From contig NC_068985.1 of the NCBI RefSeq assembly GCF_001194135.2, forward strand, positions 118,498,792-118,562,791: a stretch of DNA of 64,000 bases, written 5' to 3'. The translations under genes were made by a program, and so were the position numbers. Positions 23,940 through 36,154 of this stretch are shown here, one piece after another. The stretch is from Octopus bimaculoides (taxonomy: Eukaryota). The notes beneath the pieces are model-generated. The model was not told where the DNA came from. It worked only from the letters and a program-made list of their open reading frames with translations, and did no database searches. Within the stretch, counting starts at the first letter, position 1. The number at the start of each line of letters is the position of its first letter.

Positions 23940-24365
23940 AAGGCACACCTTCCTGAAATTTGTAGAGTAACATAATAGCTGACTAAGTTAACCATCAGAT
24001 ATGGGGCAAGGCTCAAGAAGACATGGGGTGAAATATTGAAGGCTGATCTCAAAACCCCAATCCTTACAGAGATGACAGAGGAACAATATGTGATGCATTG
24101 CTGTACTCTAGAAGAACTATCCACTGCAAGAGAATTGGTATCCTAAAACCAAGGTGCCATGTAAAAAGCATTGGTGTGGGTGCTGGTGCCATATAGAAAG
24201 CACTCAGTACACTCTGTAAAGTGGTTGGCATCAGGAAGGGCATCCAGCTGCTGAAACCAAGCCAAAACAAACTTTGAACCTGGTGCAGCCCCTGGCCCTG
24301 TCAGTTCTTTTCAAGCTATCTAACCCATGCCAGCATGGAAAGCAGATGTTAAATGTTGATGATGA
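23940..24365 (+). mobile_element. RTE LINE C-terminus + 3'UTR, decayed
   Basis: G..R.KKTWGEILKADLKT..LTE.MT-like frame, then the standard 3'UTR and (GAT)n. Confidence 0.65.
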
Positions 24366-24401
24366 TTGATGAACATGAAAGTTGATAGATGGTTCTAAAT
24401 A

Positions 24402-24581
24402 TTCTTTTCCACTGTGGGCACAAGGCCTGAAATTTTTGTGGAGGGAGCCAGTTGATTATATCGACCCCAGTTCGCAACTGGTACTTAATTTATCAACCTC
24501 GGTGGAATTTGAACTCAGAACATAACAGCAGACGAAATACTGCTAAGCATTTTGCCTGGTGTGCTAATGATTCTACTGTCC
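24402..24581 (-). mobile_element. SINE-C with 16-bp target-site duplication
   Basis: tagatggttctaaata at 24386-24401 and 24582-24597 flanks the copy. Confidence 0.85.
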
Positions 24582-25208
24582 TAGATGGTTCTAAATACTG
24601 AAAGGCAATTGTAGAAAACTCTACAAGTTGACCTTGGTGGAATTTGAACTCAGATGGACGAAATGCTGGAAAGCATTTTGTCTGGCCTGCTAACAGTTGT
24701 GCCAGTTCACTGCCTTAGATGTTAATTTAATTATAACTAGCATGTTGATGACAACTGGAATTTCCCAGAGGTTACTGGGGTTGTCTTAAACTTTGTGGAA
24801 AGAATTCATTAATAGCTGTATAGATTAAATGCCGAATATTCTAGACCAAACATTTTCCCTTTTCCAAGTATTGTATTAATTTGAAAAGGGGGGGGGGGGT
24901 CTGAAGGTGCCCCATGGAAAAGTAGTTGGTTGTGATTACTTCAAAATTCCATTGTCTTTACAAATCTCACATACCCTCGCAGACTCTTAGGGAGGAGATG
25001 GAGGAGATTTAAATGACTATAAACAATAATATATGGTAACATTTTTATATTCTGCACTGAGGTCGACATAAAATCCTTCATCTTAGACCTGGTCTCAAAC
25101 TCCACCAGTGGTGACCAACTAACTCAGCACACATGCACTCACCCCCACACACTATCATCCCCCCCATCACACATACAACAAAATCTTTGTATGTATATAA
25201 CATATATA

Positions 25209-25612
25209 CTCTTTTACTCTTTTATTTGTTTCAGTCATTTGACTGCGGCCATGCTGGAGCACCGCCTTTATTCGAGCAAATCGACCCCGGGACTTATTCT
25301 TTGTAAGCCTAGTACTTATTCTATCGGTCTCTTTTGCCGAACTGCTAAGTGACGGAGACATAAACACACCAGCATCGGTTGTCAAGCAATGCTAGGGGGA
25401 CAAACACACACACACAAACACACACATATGCATATATATATATACATATATACGACTGGCTTCTTTCAGTTTCCGTCTACCAAATCCACTCTCAAGGCTT
25501 TGGTCGGCCCGAGGCTATAGTAGAAGACACTTGCCCAAGGTGCCACGCAGTGGGACTGAACCCGGAACCATGTGGTTGATAAGCAAGCTACTTACCACAC
25601 AGCCACTCCTGC
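25209..25612 (-). mobile_element. SINE-A, young full-length reference copy (tRNA head, CORE-like block, internal microsatellite, Nin-like 3' half)
   Basis: Pol III A-box TGGCTGTGTGG and B-box GGTTCAGTCCC on the minus strand. (AAAAGAGT)-type tail. CpG-rich. Confidence 0.85.
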
Positions 25613-26319
25613 TCAGAATTTATCACAATCATCTCAACTACCATTGATATTTCTTCCTCTCCATCATTATCAATTTACTGTTAATTCTTCACACTGGTTT
25701 GAGCTGCATAGCCATTGCAAATATTTGTGTGTGTATGTGTATGTACACACACACACAATATATATATATATGTACTTGTTTATGATTAACCTTATTAACA
25801 TGTAAACCATTAACCTCTGAAATGATATCAGTGTTAAGTAGTGTAATTTAATCAATTTGAGTTGGTTTGAAGAATTTAATATTTATATGATATCTTCCCA
25901 TTTTCATTTGTTCTTCATTAGATGTAACCTCAACCTGCTCCACTAACCGATTCCTATCAAATCAACCAGTTAAGTACTTAATATTTCTCCTGAATGGCAG
26001 CTTTCCCCTTCATTACTACCATCTGTTACTTAGTCCATTAGAAAACCCAGTGAGATTCCTCCTACCGAATAATGATATTAATTTTTTTTTTTGGAGGTAT
26101 GACAAGTTATCTGATGAAGATATAAAAAATGATTAAATATAGGAAAAATTGAAATGTAGCCCAGTAACGACCTAGAACAACATCTTATCTATTTCAGTAT
26201 CAACAACAACAATGGCAACAACAAAAACAGCAAGAATAACTAATCAGAAATGACTGTTTTAGATTTCAGTCCTCAACACTTATACATTTGCAATCAGTCT
26301 TTTGTTTGTGATTGCAATT

Positions 26320-26466
26320 TTGTTTCCTAACATATATGCAATCACATGGTTCTGGGTTCAATTCCAGTGCTTGGGACCTTTGGTAAGTGTCTTGTACTAT
26401 CCTTGTAGCCTCAACTGACCAAATCTTTGTGAGTGGATTTGACATATGGAAACTGAAAGAACCCCA

Positions 26467-26502
<36 letters not shown>

Positions 26503-26850
26503 ACACATATATATATATATATGAATATGTATGTGTGTGTTTATACTCTACCATCACTTGACAACTGTACCAGCAGTATGTTAAAAAGCACCCATGCCAG
26601 TGCCATGTAAAAAGGCCACCTGTCCCAGTGTCACATGAGCAAGGACCTGTGCTGTTGCCATGTAAGATGCACCCAATATACTTTAGAAAGTGGTTGAAGT
26701 TAGGGAGGGCATCAAGCTGTAGAAACAATGCCAAAACAGATGACTGGCGCCTGGTGCAGCCCTCCAGCCTGCCAGCTTCTCTCAAACCTTCCAACCCATG
26801 CCAGCATGGAAAACGGCTGTTTACTGATGATGATGATGATCATCATCATC
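26320..26850 (+). mobile_element. SINE-A head joined to RTE 3'UTR
   Basis: Head 26320-26465, microsatellite, then gccatgtaaaa..gtggttgaagttagggagggcatc..gatgatgatg. Confidence 0.6.
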
Positions 26851-27324
26851 GTCATCATGTACACACACACACATTATATCATGTGATAATTCATTAGACC
26901 CTCTCCAAAATCTTGATCATAATATTGAAAATTAATTGAAACCCTGCAGTCAGTCTCTGCTCGAAATCTAGCCTTAGAGGCTTACAGAAAACTGCATGTT
27001 AACACTGTAAGCCAAGGAAATGCTTGTTTAATTTTATTGTGCTGCTTTGTTGCTGCTATGAAGTAGCAAACAAGGCCACACTGTGGTTTCTGTTTAGAGC
27101 TTAGCAAATTCACCTTTTAACTATGGACACAACATGGTTGAAATGTCAGGATGTAACCCACCAATCACTCAACTGCTTGTCTTAATATCGTGTCGACATT
27201 GTATTTACAATGGATTACAGGAAATTACAACCATTTTCTACAGACTGCAGACATTGTATTGTGTTCTTGTAGGCTAAATGTGTAGTTATTCTACTAATGT
27301 ACCATCAAAGATGAATGTGCATGT

Positions 27325-27409
<85 letters not shown>

Positions 27410-28842
27410 NNNNNNNNNNNNNNNNNNNNNNNNNNNNNNNNNNNNNNNNNNNNNNNNNNNNNNNNNNNNNNNNNNNNNNNNNNNNNNNNNNNNNNNNNNN
27501 NNNNNNNNNNNNNNNNNNNNNNNNNNNNNNNNNNNNNNNNNNNNNNNNNNNNNNNNNNNNNNNNNNNNNNNNNNNNNNNNNNNNNNNNNNNNNNNNNNNN
27601 NNNNNNNNNNNNNNNNNNNNNNNNNNNNNNNNNNNNNNNNNNNNNNNNNNNNNNNNNNNNNNNNNNNNNNNNNNNNNNNNNNNNNNNNNNNNNNNNNNNN
27701 NNNNNNNNNNNNNNNNNNNNNNNNNNNNNNNNNNNNNNNNNNNNNNNNNNNNNNNNNNNNNNNNNNNNNNNNNNNNNNNNNNNNNNNNNATTTTTTTGTG
27801 CACATACATTTAGTTGGATTGAATATGCATAGTGAATCAACTGATTGTAATATGCTTAAATTCTTTTACAGTCACAGTTTCTGTTGGTGTACTGATATTT
27901 CAGTTTGTAGAGGGTATATAGAAACAAACTTCAGCTCTGCACTGATGTTGGCTTAAAACTTAGCTAAGCATTACATGGCTGGAATCTAAAATTATTTCAG
28001 CATCTTAAAGATTCTTAGTAATTTAGTCATGCAAACTAATAAAATGCTCAGATTTTCTTGGGTTGGCTGTGTGTGTGTGTTGGGTGGGGGTGGGTGTTAG
28101 ATAATCTGTGTTGATCTTTTATGCACACAATAGGATTCTGATCTTGATACTGCATAGCAAACCAGGTCAGTCAGTAAATGAACTGAAACAAAAGATATTA
28201 CATATACACCTGAGTCTCTTCTTCAACAATGACCCCTACATCATTGGATAATAATGGTGATGGCACTTGCCATTGGTATGTGGTGGGGCATGGTGGTTAA
28301 TGTTGTTGAATCTTTGTTCTGCTCCGTTTGAGCTAAGTTATAATTGAGGGATCGTTTAATCCATGACCATCCGGTCTGTCTGTATAACTTTGAAAGTATT
28401 GTCCCATGTGATGTTACATTTTTGAGACATTAGGTCATGATTTGAGGGAAGTTTAGCTGTTATTTCTAGCAGGCTAGCTGACTGAATAGCAGTTCCCTCA
28501 CTGAATTGAGTGAGTGTTGCTTTGATGGAAGAACACAGAATTGGGATTTGCTTGTGTTTGTCTGGATGTTTCAGCCTGAAAGGTGCAGACACCAACAAGG
28601 TATCTGGTACTTTTTACACTCAGTTCCAGCTTGCTGTTTCGTTGCCATGTCATTTATTTATTGAAGTTTGAACATAGTAAGTTATAAATAAATAATTAAG
28701 ATGTAAAAATGAATAAACAGGCTCATCACATTGTACTTAGTCTCAGATTGAAATTAGGTTCTGAAGACTTTTTTTAATGAATTTAGTATGGTTTGTTGAC
28801 TGTTCCTTCCTATTGTCAGTAGTTTGGGAAGAAGTAGTGAGC

Positions 28843-29231
28843 AGACACAGGCATGACTGTATGGTCAGAGATTTTCTTCCCAACCACATGGTTCTGGGTT
28901 CAGTCCCATTGTGTAGCACCTTGGGCAAGTGTCTTCAACCGTAGCCTTGGGATGACCAAAGCCTTGTGAGAAGATTTAGAAGACAGAAACTGAAAGAAGC
29001 CCATTGTGTGTGTGTGTGTGAGGATGTCTCCCCTCACTGCTTGACAACTGGTGTTGTGTTTACATCCCTATAACTAAGCAGTTTGGCAAAAGAGATCAAT
29101 AGAATAAGTACCAGGCATAAAAAAAATTTAAAAAAACTAGTGGAGTCAATTCATTTGACTAAAATTTCTTCAAGGCAATGCCCCAACATGGCCACAGTCT
29201 AATGACTGAAGCCAGTAAAAGATAAAAGAAA
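28843..29231 (+). mobile_element. SINE-A full-length, decayed
   Basis: Head, short (TG)n and tail. Confidence 0.75.
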
Positions 29232-29235
29232 ATGA

Positions 29236-29720
29236 CCTTAACTCTCATCTTGCTCACAACAACTTTGTACCTAGCTTTCCTGGTTTTCATAAGACATTCC
29301 CCTACACCTAGTTTTCTTAGCAACCAGCAGACTACAGTGTGCAATCTTCTGTCAAAGGCTTTTTTTTCTAGATCAGTGAATGTAGGTATAGTAGCTACTC
29401 TTAGCTAAAAATGTCTGTAATTGTCTCACTAGAAAGAGGATATCGGCGATATCCTGCTCTGGCAGAAACTTCACACTGTATCTCAGCTAATTACCTTGCT
29501 TGTCAGTTTTGTTAAAACTTTTCTTGTTACTTTCATAGCTTTGTCTGTCAATTTGATGTGTCTGTAGTTGCTTCTTTTTAGTGCATCTCCTCTGACCTTG
29601 TAGCAGTTGATAATGGCGCCATTTCCCTGTACTCTACATCTACTTTGCTGGATATTTTCAGCATCTCAATGACTATCCCTGAGAGTCTTTGCTGTTGTCT
29701 TTGTCCTTGTTCTTAATCAT
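29236..29720 (-). mobile_element. RTE reverse-transcriptase relic
   Basis: Broken frames give NCYK..GDALKRSNYR.IKL, FLVRQLQ, F.DLEKAFD and LRKLGVGE.L. Confidence 0.7.
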
Positions 29721-31265
29721 GTTTGTGACCCTACAGCCCTTGTGCTGAAAGTCTCCCCACTATACTGTCAGCAATTGCTGCTATCCTAGACTAGTTGTTT
29801 TCTTTGTAGGTTGTGGAATCCACATCTTTTCGTACAGATTTTACTTGGAGTTACTGCTCATCTTGTTTTGCAGTAGTTTGCTCAGAGTGGAGGAAAGGGC
29901 TTAAAGTAGATTGTAGATTTGTTTCTTGCAGATAAAGAGCCAGTTTTTCTCAGATACTTTAGAAGGTCACAGAGTGACTATCAGAGTTGGGAGATCTTTG
30001 GGGATTAGTGGGTTCATTTGGAGTGGCAAGCTTGCAGTAGTAGACTGGCAGGTTATGGAAATTGGTTCAATGGCAGCAGATTCTACTTGATTTGATAGGG
30101 AGTGGAGTGGTCATACTATAGACTAGATGCATCTGCAAAGCAGTCGAGAGAGAGAGAGAAGATACTGCTTTACAATAGACCTCAAATAGAGAATGAATGG
30201 GATGTAAGAATGCAGAAGATAGAAATTTACATTCCACCATATTTTGCCTTTCCTTTTTCCTTGTTAGAGGTTGCTTTCATTTAGCATGTACATATTTATT
30301 TACCAGCTACAATAATTGGGAAATACCATGTAATCTGCTTCTGAAAATTGCCAACCTGGCAAAACCCATCTTCCCCTAGATACATGACAAAATAACATTT
30401 GAGCTCATCAGTGGTTTAAAACCTATATCCATGCAATGAAATTGTATGTACCATTTCATATGCTATTTTAGCTTTTTATTTTTGAGACTCTTTTTAGTTA
30501 ACCTCTAACCCAGCCCCATTGAAAGCCATATTATCTTAAGTGTTGTGACACTCTGTTTGCATGAATTAAGAATGAGTTGTTGAAATGAAATCTTTTTGTG
30601 AAACAAAGATTTGCTGTTCCCTATAATGAAATGAGACTGAGAAGATGGAGTTTTAAACACTGTTTATCTTCAAGTCAAGTCTTAAGTTTTGGAAACTTTA
30701 CTTTGAGGTTATTATTCATGTATATATATATATATATATATATATATGGACATATGTATCTACTTTTTTCTTTATGTCTGTACACAAAATATTTGTGTAT
30801 GTGTAAGGGATTATAAAGATCCTTGTGCAACTTTACACCCAAGTTTTACTTAGTTGTATTTGATTAAAAATTTGAACAGTAATTCCTTTGTTTTGTTTTT
30901 AGTGTGTGTTGCTAGTCATTAGACCCCTAAAGTTTTAAAGCATTGTATTATCAAATTATCTATAACACACACAAACACACACACGAGCAAGTGTATTAAG
31001 AGAATGTATGAGTAAATAAATTTCTTGATAAACACTCATTAAATATTAATTAATGATTGTAAATGCTTCTGAGTTTACAATGTCAACTTTTGCTACATGT
31101 TTTGATTATTGCCACTAGTGTTTGGAAATTCTACGCTGCATCTATTTATATATCATCATCATCATTATCATCACTACCTCCACCATCATCATTGTCTTTA
31201 TGTCTGTGCTAACATGGTTTGGACATATGTTGCAGCCTTTAAATCATCTGCCACAAAATACAAGA

Positions 31266-31586
31266 GGTTGTACAGTTCTAATTCCCAGAATTAAACTTAG
31301 CCCAAGTGATGCAAATATTCCATTCACCCTAAACAGACTTCAGTTTCCATTTCGACTTGCATATTCAATGACAATTAATAAGGCGCAAGGGCAAACATTT
31401 GCAAAAGTTGGAATACATTTGCCTCAACCAGTATTTTCTCATGTCCAATTATATGTCGCCTTTTCAAGAGCACGAGCTACGAACAATATCAAAGTAAGAG
31501 TTATAACACTCAATTGGGATAATAGACAAGGCCAAAAATGTGGTGTGACATACACACAAAATATCGTCTACCATGAAGTACTGTGA
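31266..31586 (+). mobile_element. Helitron RepHel PIF1-like helicase C-terminal fragment
   Basis: VLIPRIKLSPSDANIPFTLNRLQFPFRLAYSMTINKAQGQTFAKVGIHLPQPVFSHVQLYVAFSRAR...YTQNIVYHEVL*, stop-free. Confidence 0.9.
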
Positions 31587-31734
31587 GGAAGACCACTGCA
31601 CCAGCTAGCATCACCAGCACCCCAGCTGCTCCATCATTACACATCCACATTACACCTTTAAGATCAGGGAACCAGATAGGGGCCCGCTGGATCTCTCTCA
31701 GCATACCAGTAAACCACAAGATTGCACCAGACAG

Positions 31735-31955
31735 AACATGTGTGTGTTTGTGTCTGTATTTGTCCCACCACCACCATCATTGCTTGACAACCGATGTTGG
31801 TACGTTTGTGTCCCTGTAATTTAGCTGTTCAGCAGAAGAGACTGATAGAATAAGCACCAGGCTCACAGGGAATAAGTCCAGGGGTCAATTTCTTTGACTA
31901 AAAGGTGGTGCTCCAGCATGGCCACTGTCAAATGATTGAAACAAGTAAAAGAATA
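31735..31955 (+). mobile_element. SINE-A 3' half
   Basis: tgcttgacaaccgatgttgg...gctccagcatggccactgtcaaatgattgaaacaag. Confidence 0.7.
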
Positions 31956-32109
31956 CCAGAAAAATGTTCCTTACCACTAAACCAAGAAGGTTCTTTGAAT
32001 ATGTACAATGTATTTTAAGGTTAAATAGTAATTCCGTTTACGTTTGTGGAACTGAGATATTTTGGTTGGATTATATAGTCATTGGTGTTACGTTACTTTC
32101 CATATTCTG

Positions 32110-32270
32110 TAACTGTCACAATATACTTTTCTAGGCCTGAAATGTTTGTGGGAAGGGGGCCAGTTGATTAGATCGACCTCAGTACACAACTAGTACTTAA
32201 TTTATGAACCCTGAAAGGATGAAAGGCAAAGTCGACCTCAATAGAATTTGAACTCAGAATGTAAAGACAG
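32110..32270 (-). mobile_element. SINE-C fragment
   Basis: gatgaaaggcaaagtcgacctc...gaatttgaactcagaatg. Confidence 0.7.
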
Positions 32271-33427
32271 ATGGTCATGATATACAAACATTTCTCATGG
32301 CACCAGGACACTGTTTACAGATGCTTATATTTCTCACGGGTCCAGCTAGTTGTTGTTGTTTTTATTATTATTATTATTATAGACACAATAGACTTAAATT
32401 TCCATCTACCAAGTTCACTCACAAGGTTTTGGTGGCCTTGATATAACCATCAGCATTTTAATATCCACACTTCTAAGCTTGCTTGGGTCAAATGAAATTT
32501 CTTGAGGCAGATTTTCTGTGGTTGGGTGTTCACCAGCCCTCATCTGTTTCCAAGTAAGGTAAGTTTTCTCCCAAGTCCTTCAAATACAAACAGCACAATG
32601 ACCAGACATGTTTATAGTTAGCACATGTCAAGACAAACACACATGCATACACACAGACATGCATATATATATATAAATACGATGGACCTATTTCAGTTCC
32701 TGTCCACCAAATCCACTTACAAGGTTTTGGTTGGCCCAGCGTAATACAAGCAGATGTTTACTCAATTTGCTGTGCAGTGGGACTGAAACCGAAAGCATGT
32801 GATAACAATGTTAATTTTTTAACTATACAACCATTCCTGCCCTAACAAATATAACATAGTTGGTAATAACTGGAAGTAGGAATTGTCAGGAATTGTTATC
32901 TTCTGGTTTCTTTTTTGAGTTGCTGTGGTCCAGCTTTGAACATCAAGTTGTAATCTTCTCTGCTGAACTGGTACTTGGTTTTATCATTCTGGAAGGCTAG
33001 AAAACAAAGATTTTTATTTGCATGATGATTAAGAAGGTCACTTTGCAATGACAAGATCTTGGGTTTGGTTGTATTGCTATTGTATGGCTTGGTTGATTGT
33101 CGTTTACATAACCTAGAGTAAACCAAAGCCTTGAGAATTAAATTGAATAGTTTGTATAGCAGGAAACTGCATGGAAGCCTGTTAGATGGTTCCTTGTCAC
33201 ACTGTATCATGCTGAGCCTTACAGTCAACCCGAGCCTTGTGAATTAACCCATTAGCATTTAAACTGGGCATGTCCGTCCCAAATATTTACTGTATTTTTT
33301 CTTCGAACTGGTCAGTGCTAGCTTTTACTCCTGCCCTACAGTGTCATTTTATAATTAAACAATCATGTAATTGAAATCTCAAGGCTATGAAATAATGCCT
33401 GATTAATTTAAAATGATGTGAATACAT

Positions 33428-33580
33428 AGGCGCAGGAGTGGCTGTGTGGTAAGAAGCTTGCTTCCCACATACATGGTTCTGGGTTCAGTCCCACTGCATG
33501 ACACCTTGGGCAAGTATCTTCTAAGATAGCCTCAGGCCGACCAAATCCTTGTGATAGATGGCAACTGAAACAAGTTCATC

Positions 33581-33645
<65 letters not shown>

Positions 33646-33876
33646 TGTGTGTGTGTGTGTGTCTCTTTGTGTCTGTGTTTGCTCCCCACCATCACTTGAC
33701 AACCAGTGTTGGTGTGTTTATGTCCCCATAACGTAGCAGTTCGGCAAAAGAGACTGATAGAATAAGTACCAGGCTTAGAAGAAAATAAGTACTGGGGGTC
33801 GATTCATTTGGCTAAAAATTCAAGGTGGTGGTCCAGCATGGCCACACTCTACTGACTGAAACAAATAAAAGAAAAG
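33428..33876 (+). mobile_element. SINE-A full-length with long internal (TA)n
   Basis: aggcgcaggagtggctgtgtggtaag...tgactgaaacaaataaaaga. Confidence 0.85.
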
Positions 33877-33913
33877 ATATAAGTATTGCATTTGATAGGG
33901 TAATCTGCATGCT

Positions 33914-33958
33914 AGAGGGTTAAATAGTTTGGAATCAATCCAAACTATCTAACCCTCT
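33914..33958. repeat. Short hairpin: 20-bp arms, 5-nt loop, one mismatch
   Basis: agagggttaaatagtttgga-atcaa-tccaaactatctaaccctct. Confidence 0.9.
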
Positions 33959-34702
33959 GTGTGGATGCCTGTTGATGGCTTGTAACTGTAATTTGGATGT
34001 CCGGACCTTTTCGCACTGTATCATGCTGAGTTTGAGAATCATGTGAAGGGGCACATATGCCTATGGAATGTTCAGCTACTTAGACACTTAATTCAATGAG
34101 CAAGTGGTTCAGCTGATTGAATGACTGAATATTCATCATGGAGGAAATCCATGAAAGGCCATTTATTTACTAACTGTTGAATGCAGGACGTATCCTTTGT
34201 CAGCTGTGTGCTGGAAACCACTGTAACAGCTCAGTCAGTGACTAAGCAAGATCAGTGCTCACTGGGAATATCTTGCTTTGCTCCCCCTGTCATTTTGGCA
34301 TTTGTGTTATACATTTTTTTTCTTTTTCTTTTAAGAGATAATTTTGTCTCCCTCTAAAGCTTGATAGCTATCGGTTTCTCCTGAGCCTGTTGTTCTTTAT
34401 ATTCAAGCCAGCCATTTGCATTTTCTTTCTTGGTGAATGAACATGCCCATATAAATTACTATATCTGCCATCAGTTTTTAAGCATTCTCAACATTTAAAG
34501 ATTAATATCCTTTTTTTTTCCCTTTATGGTGAGCCTGAAGAAATAAACATAGAATTTCTAGGAATATAAAAATAAAAAGGATGGAAAAAAAATCAATTTC
34601 ATCACCATTTTCGCAGATGATAGTGTGGGTATTTCTAGTGCAACTGAGCAGACTGCTGCACTGCATATGTTGAACACATAACCACATACATGCAACTAAT
34701 AT

Positions 34703-34996
34703 ATATGTATGTATATATATGCATATATGTATGTATATATATGCATATATGTATGTATATATATGCATATATGTATGTATATATATGCATATATGTATGT
34801 ATATATATGCATATATATATGTATGTATATATATGCATATATGTATGTATATATATGCATATATATATGTATGTATATGTATATATATGTATATATATAT
34901 ATATATGTATGTATATGTATATATATATGCATATATATATATGCATATATATATATGTATATATATATGTATGTATATATATATGCATATATATAT
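34703..34996. repeat. AT-rich minisatellite (~20-24 bp unit, atatatatgcatatatgtatgt) running into gap
   Basis: Directly visible. Confidence 0.9.
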
Positions 34997-35139
34997 NNNN
35001 NNNNNNNNNNNNNNNNNNNNNNNNNNNNNNNNNNNNNNNNNNNNNNNNNNNNNNNNNNNNNNNNNNNNNNNNNNNNNNNNNNNNNNNNNNNNNNNNNNNN
35101 NNNNNNNNNNNNNNNNNNNNNNNNNNNNNNNNNNNNNNN

Positions 35140-35540
35140 ATTGTTTCAGACATTTGACTGCAGCCATGCTGGAGCACTGGCCTAAAGGGTTTTAGTCAAA
35201 GAAATCAACCCCAGGACTTATTCCTTGTAAGCCTGGTGCTTATTCTATTAGTCTCTGTTGCTGAACTGCTAGATTATGGGGGACTTAAAGATACCAGCAT
35301 CAGCTGTCAAGTAATGGTGGTGGTGGTGGTGGGGGACAAACACAGACACACACACATGAATATATACATATATATATATATATATATATGACAGACATCT
35401 TTCAGTTTTCCATTTACCAAACCCACTCACAAGGCCTTGGTTGGCCCAAAGCTATAGTAGGTGCCCAAGGTGTCACACTGGGACTGAACATGCAGCCATA
35501 TGGTTGGGAAGTAAGCTTCTTATCACCCGTTCATGCCTAT
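35140..35540 (-). mobile_element. SINE-A, decayed (second 3' half at 35690-35900)
   Basis: Tail, microsatellite and head motifs. Confidence 0.7.
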
Positions 35541-35645
35541 AAAATAAACATACATCTGGATTTATAAATGAAAGGAAAAAATTAGTAGAATTTATATAAT
35601 TGCAAATTTTAAATTGAGACGTCAATTCATATTGTATTTTTAAAC

Positions 35646-35689
<44 letters not shown>

Positions 35690-36154
35690 TTTAATTTTTT
35701 ACTTGTTTCAGTCATTTGACTGTGGCCATGTTAGAGCACCGCCTTTTGTCAAACAAATCAACCCCAGGACTTATTCTTTGTCAGCCTAGTACTTATTCTA
35801 TCGGTCTCTTTTGCCAAACTGTTACAGGGATATAAACACACCAACATTGGTTGTCAAGTGATGGTGGTGGGGGGGGGGGCAAACACAGACACAAATACAT
35901 ACATACATGTATATAATTGTTAAAGAGGACAATGTTTGTTGTCCTCTTTAACAAATGGTGGTGTACTCTGCTGGTTACAATGTGCTTCCAATCCTGTCTT
36001 GATTGTGCCATTCTTTTCCATCTTCACCTAAACTGCTCAACTAGATAGTCTTCCCATCACTGTGAAGGCTTTCTAAGTGGTTTTTTTCTTGGATATCATC
36101 CGGTAATGTGTGTATAATATACATACACCCATAATATATATATGATATAATATA

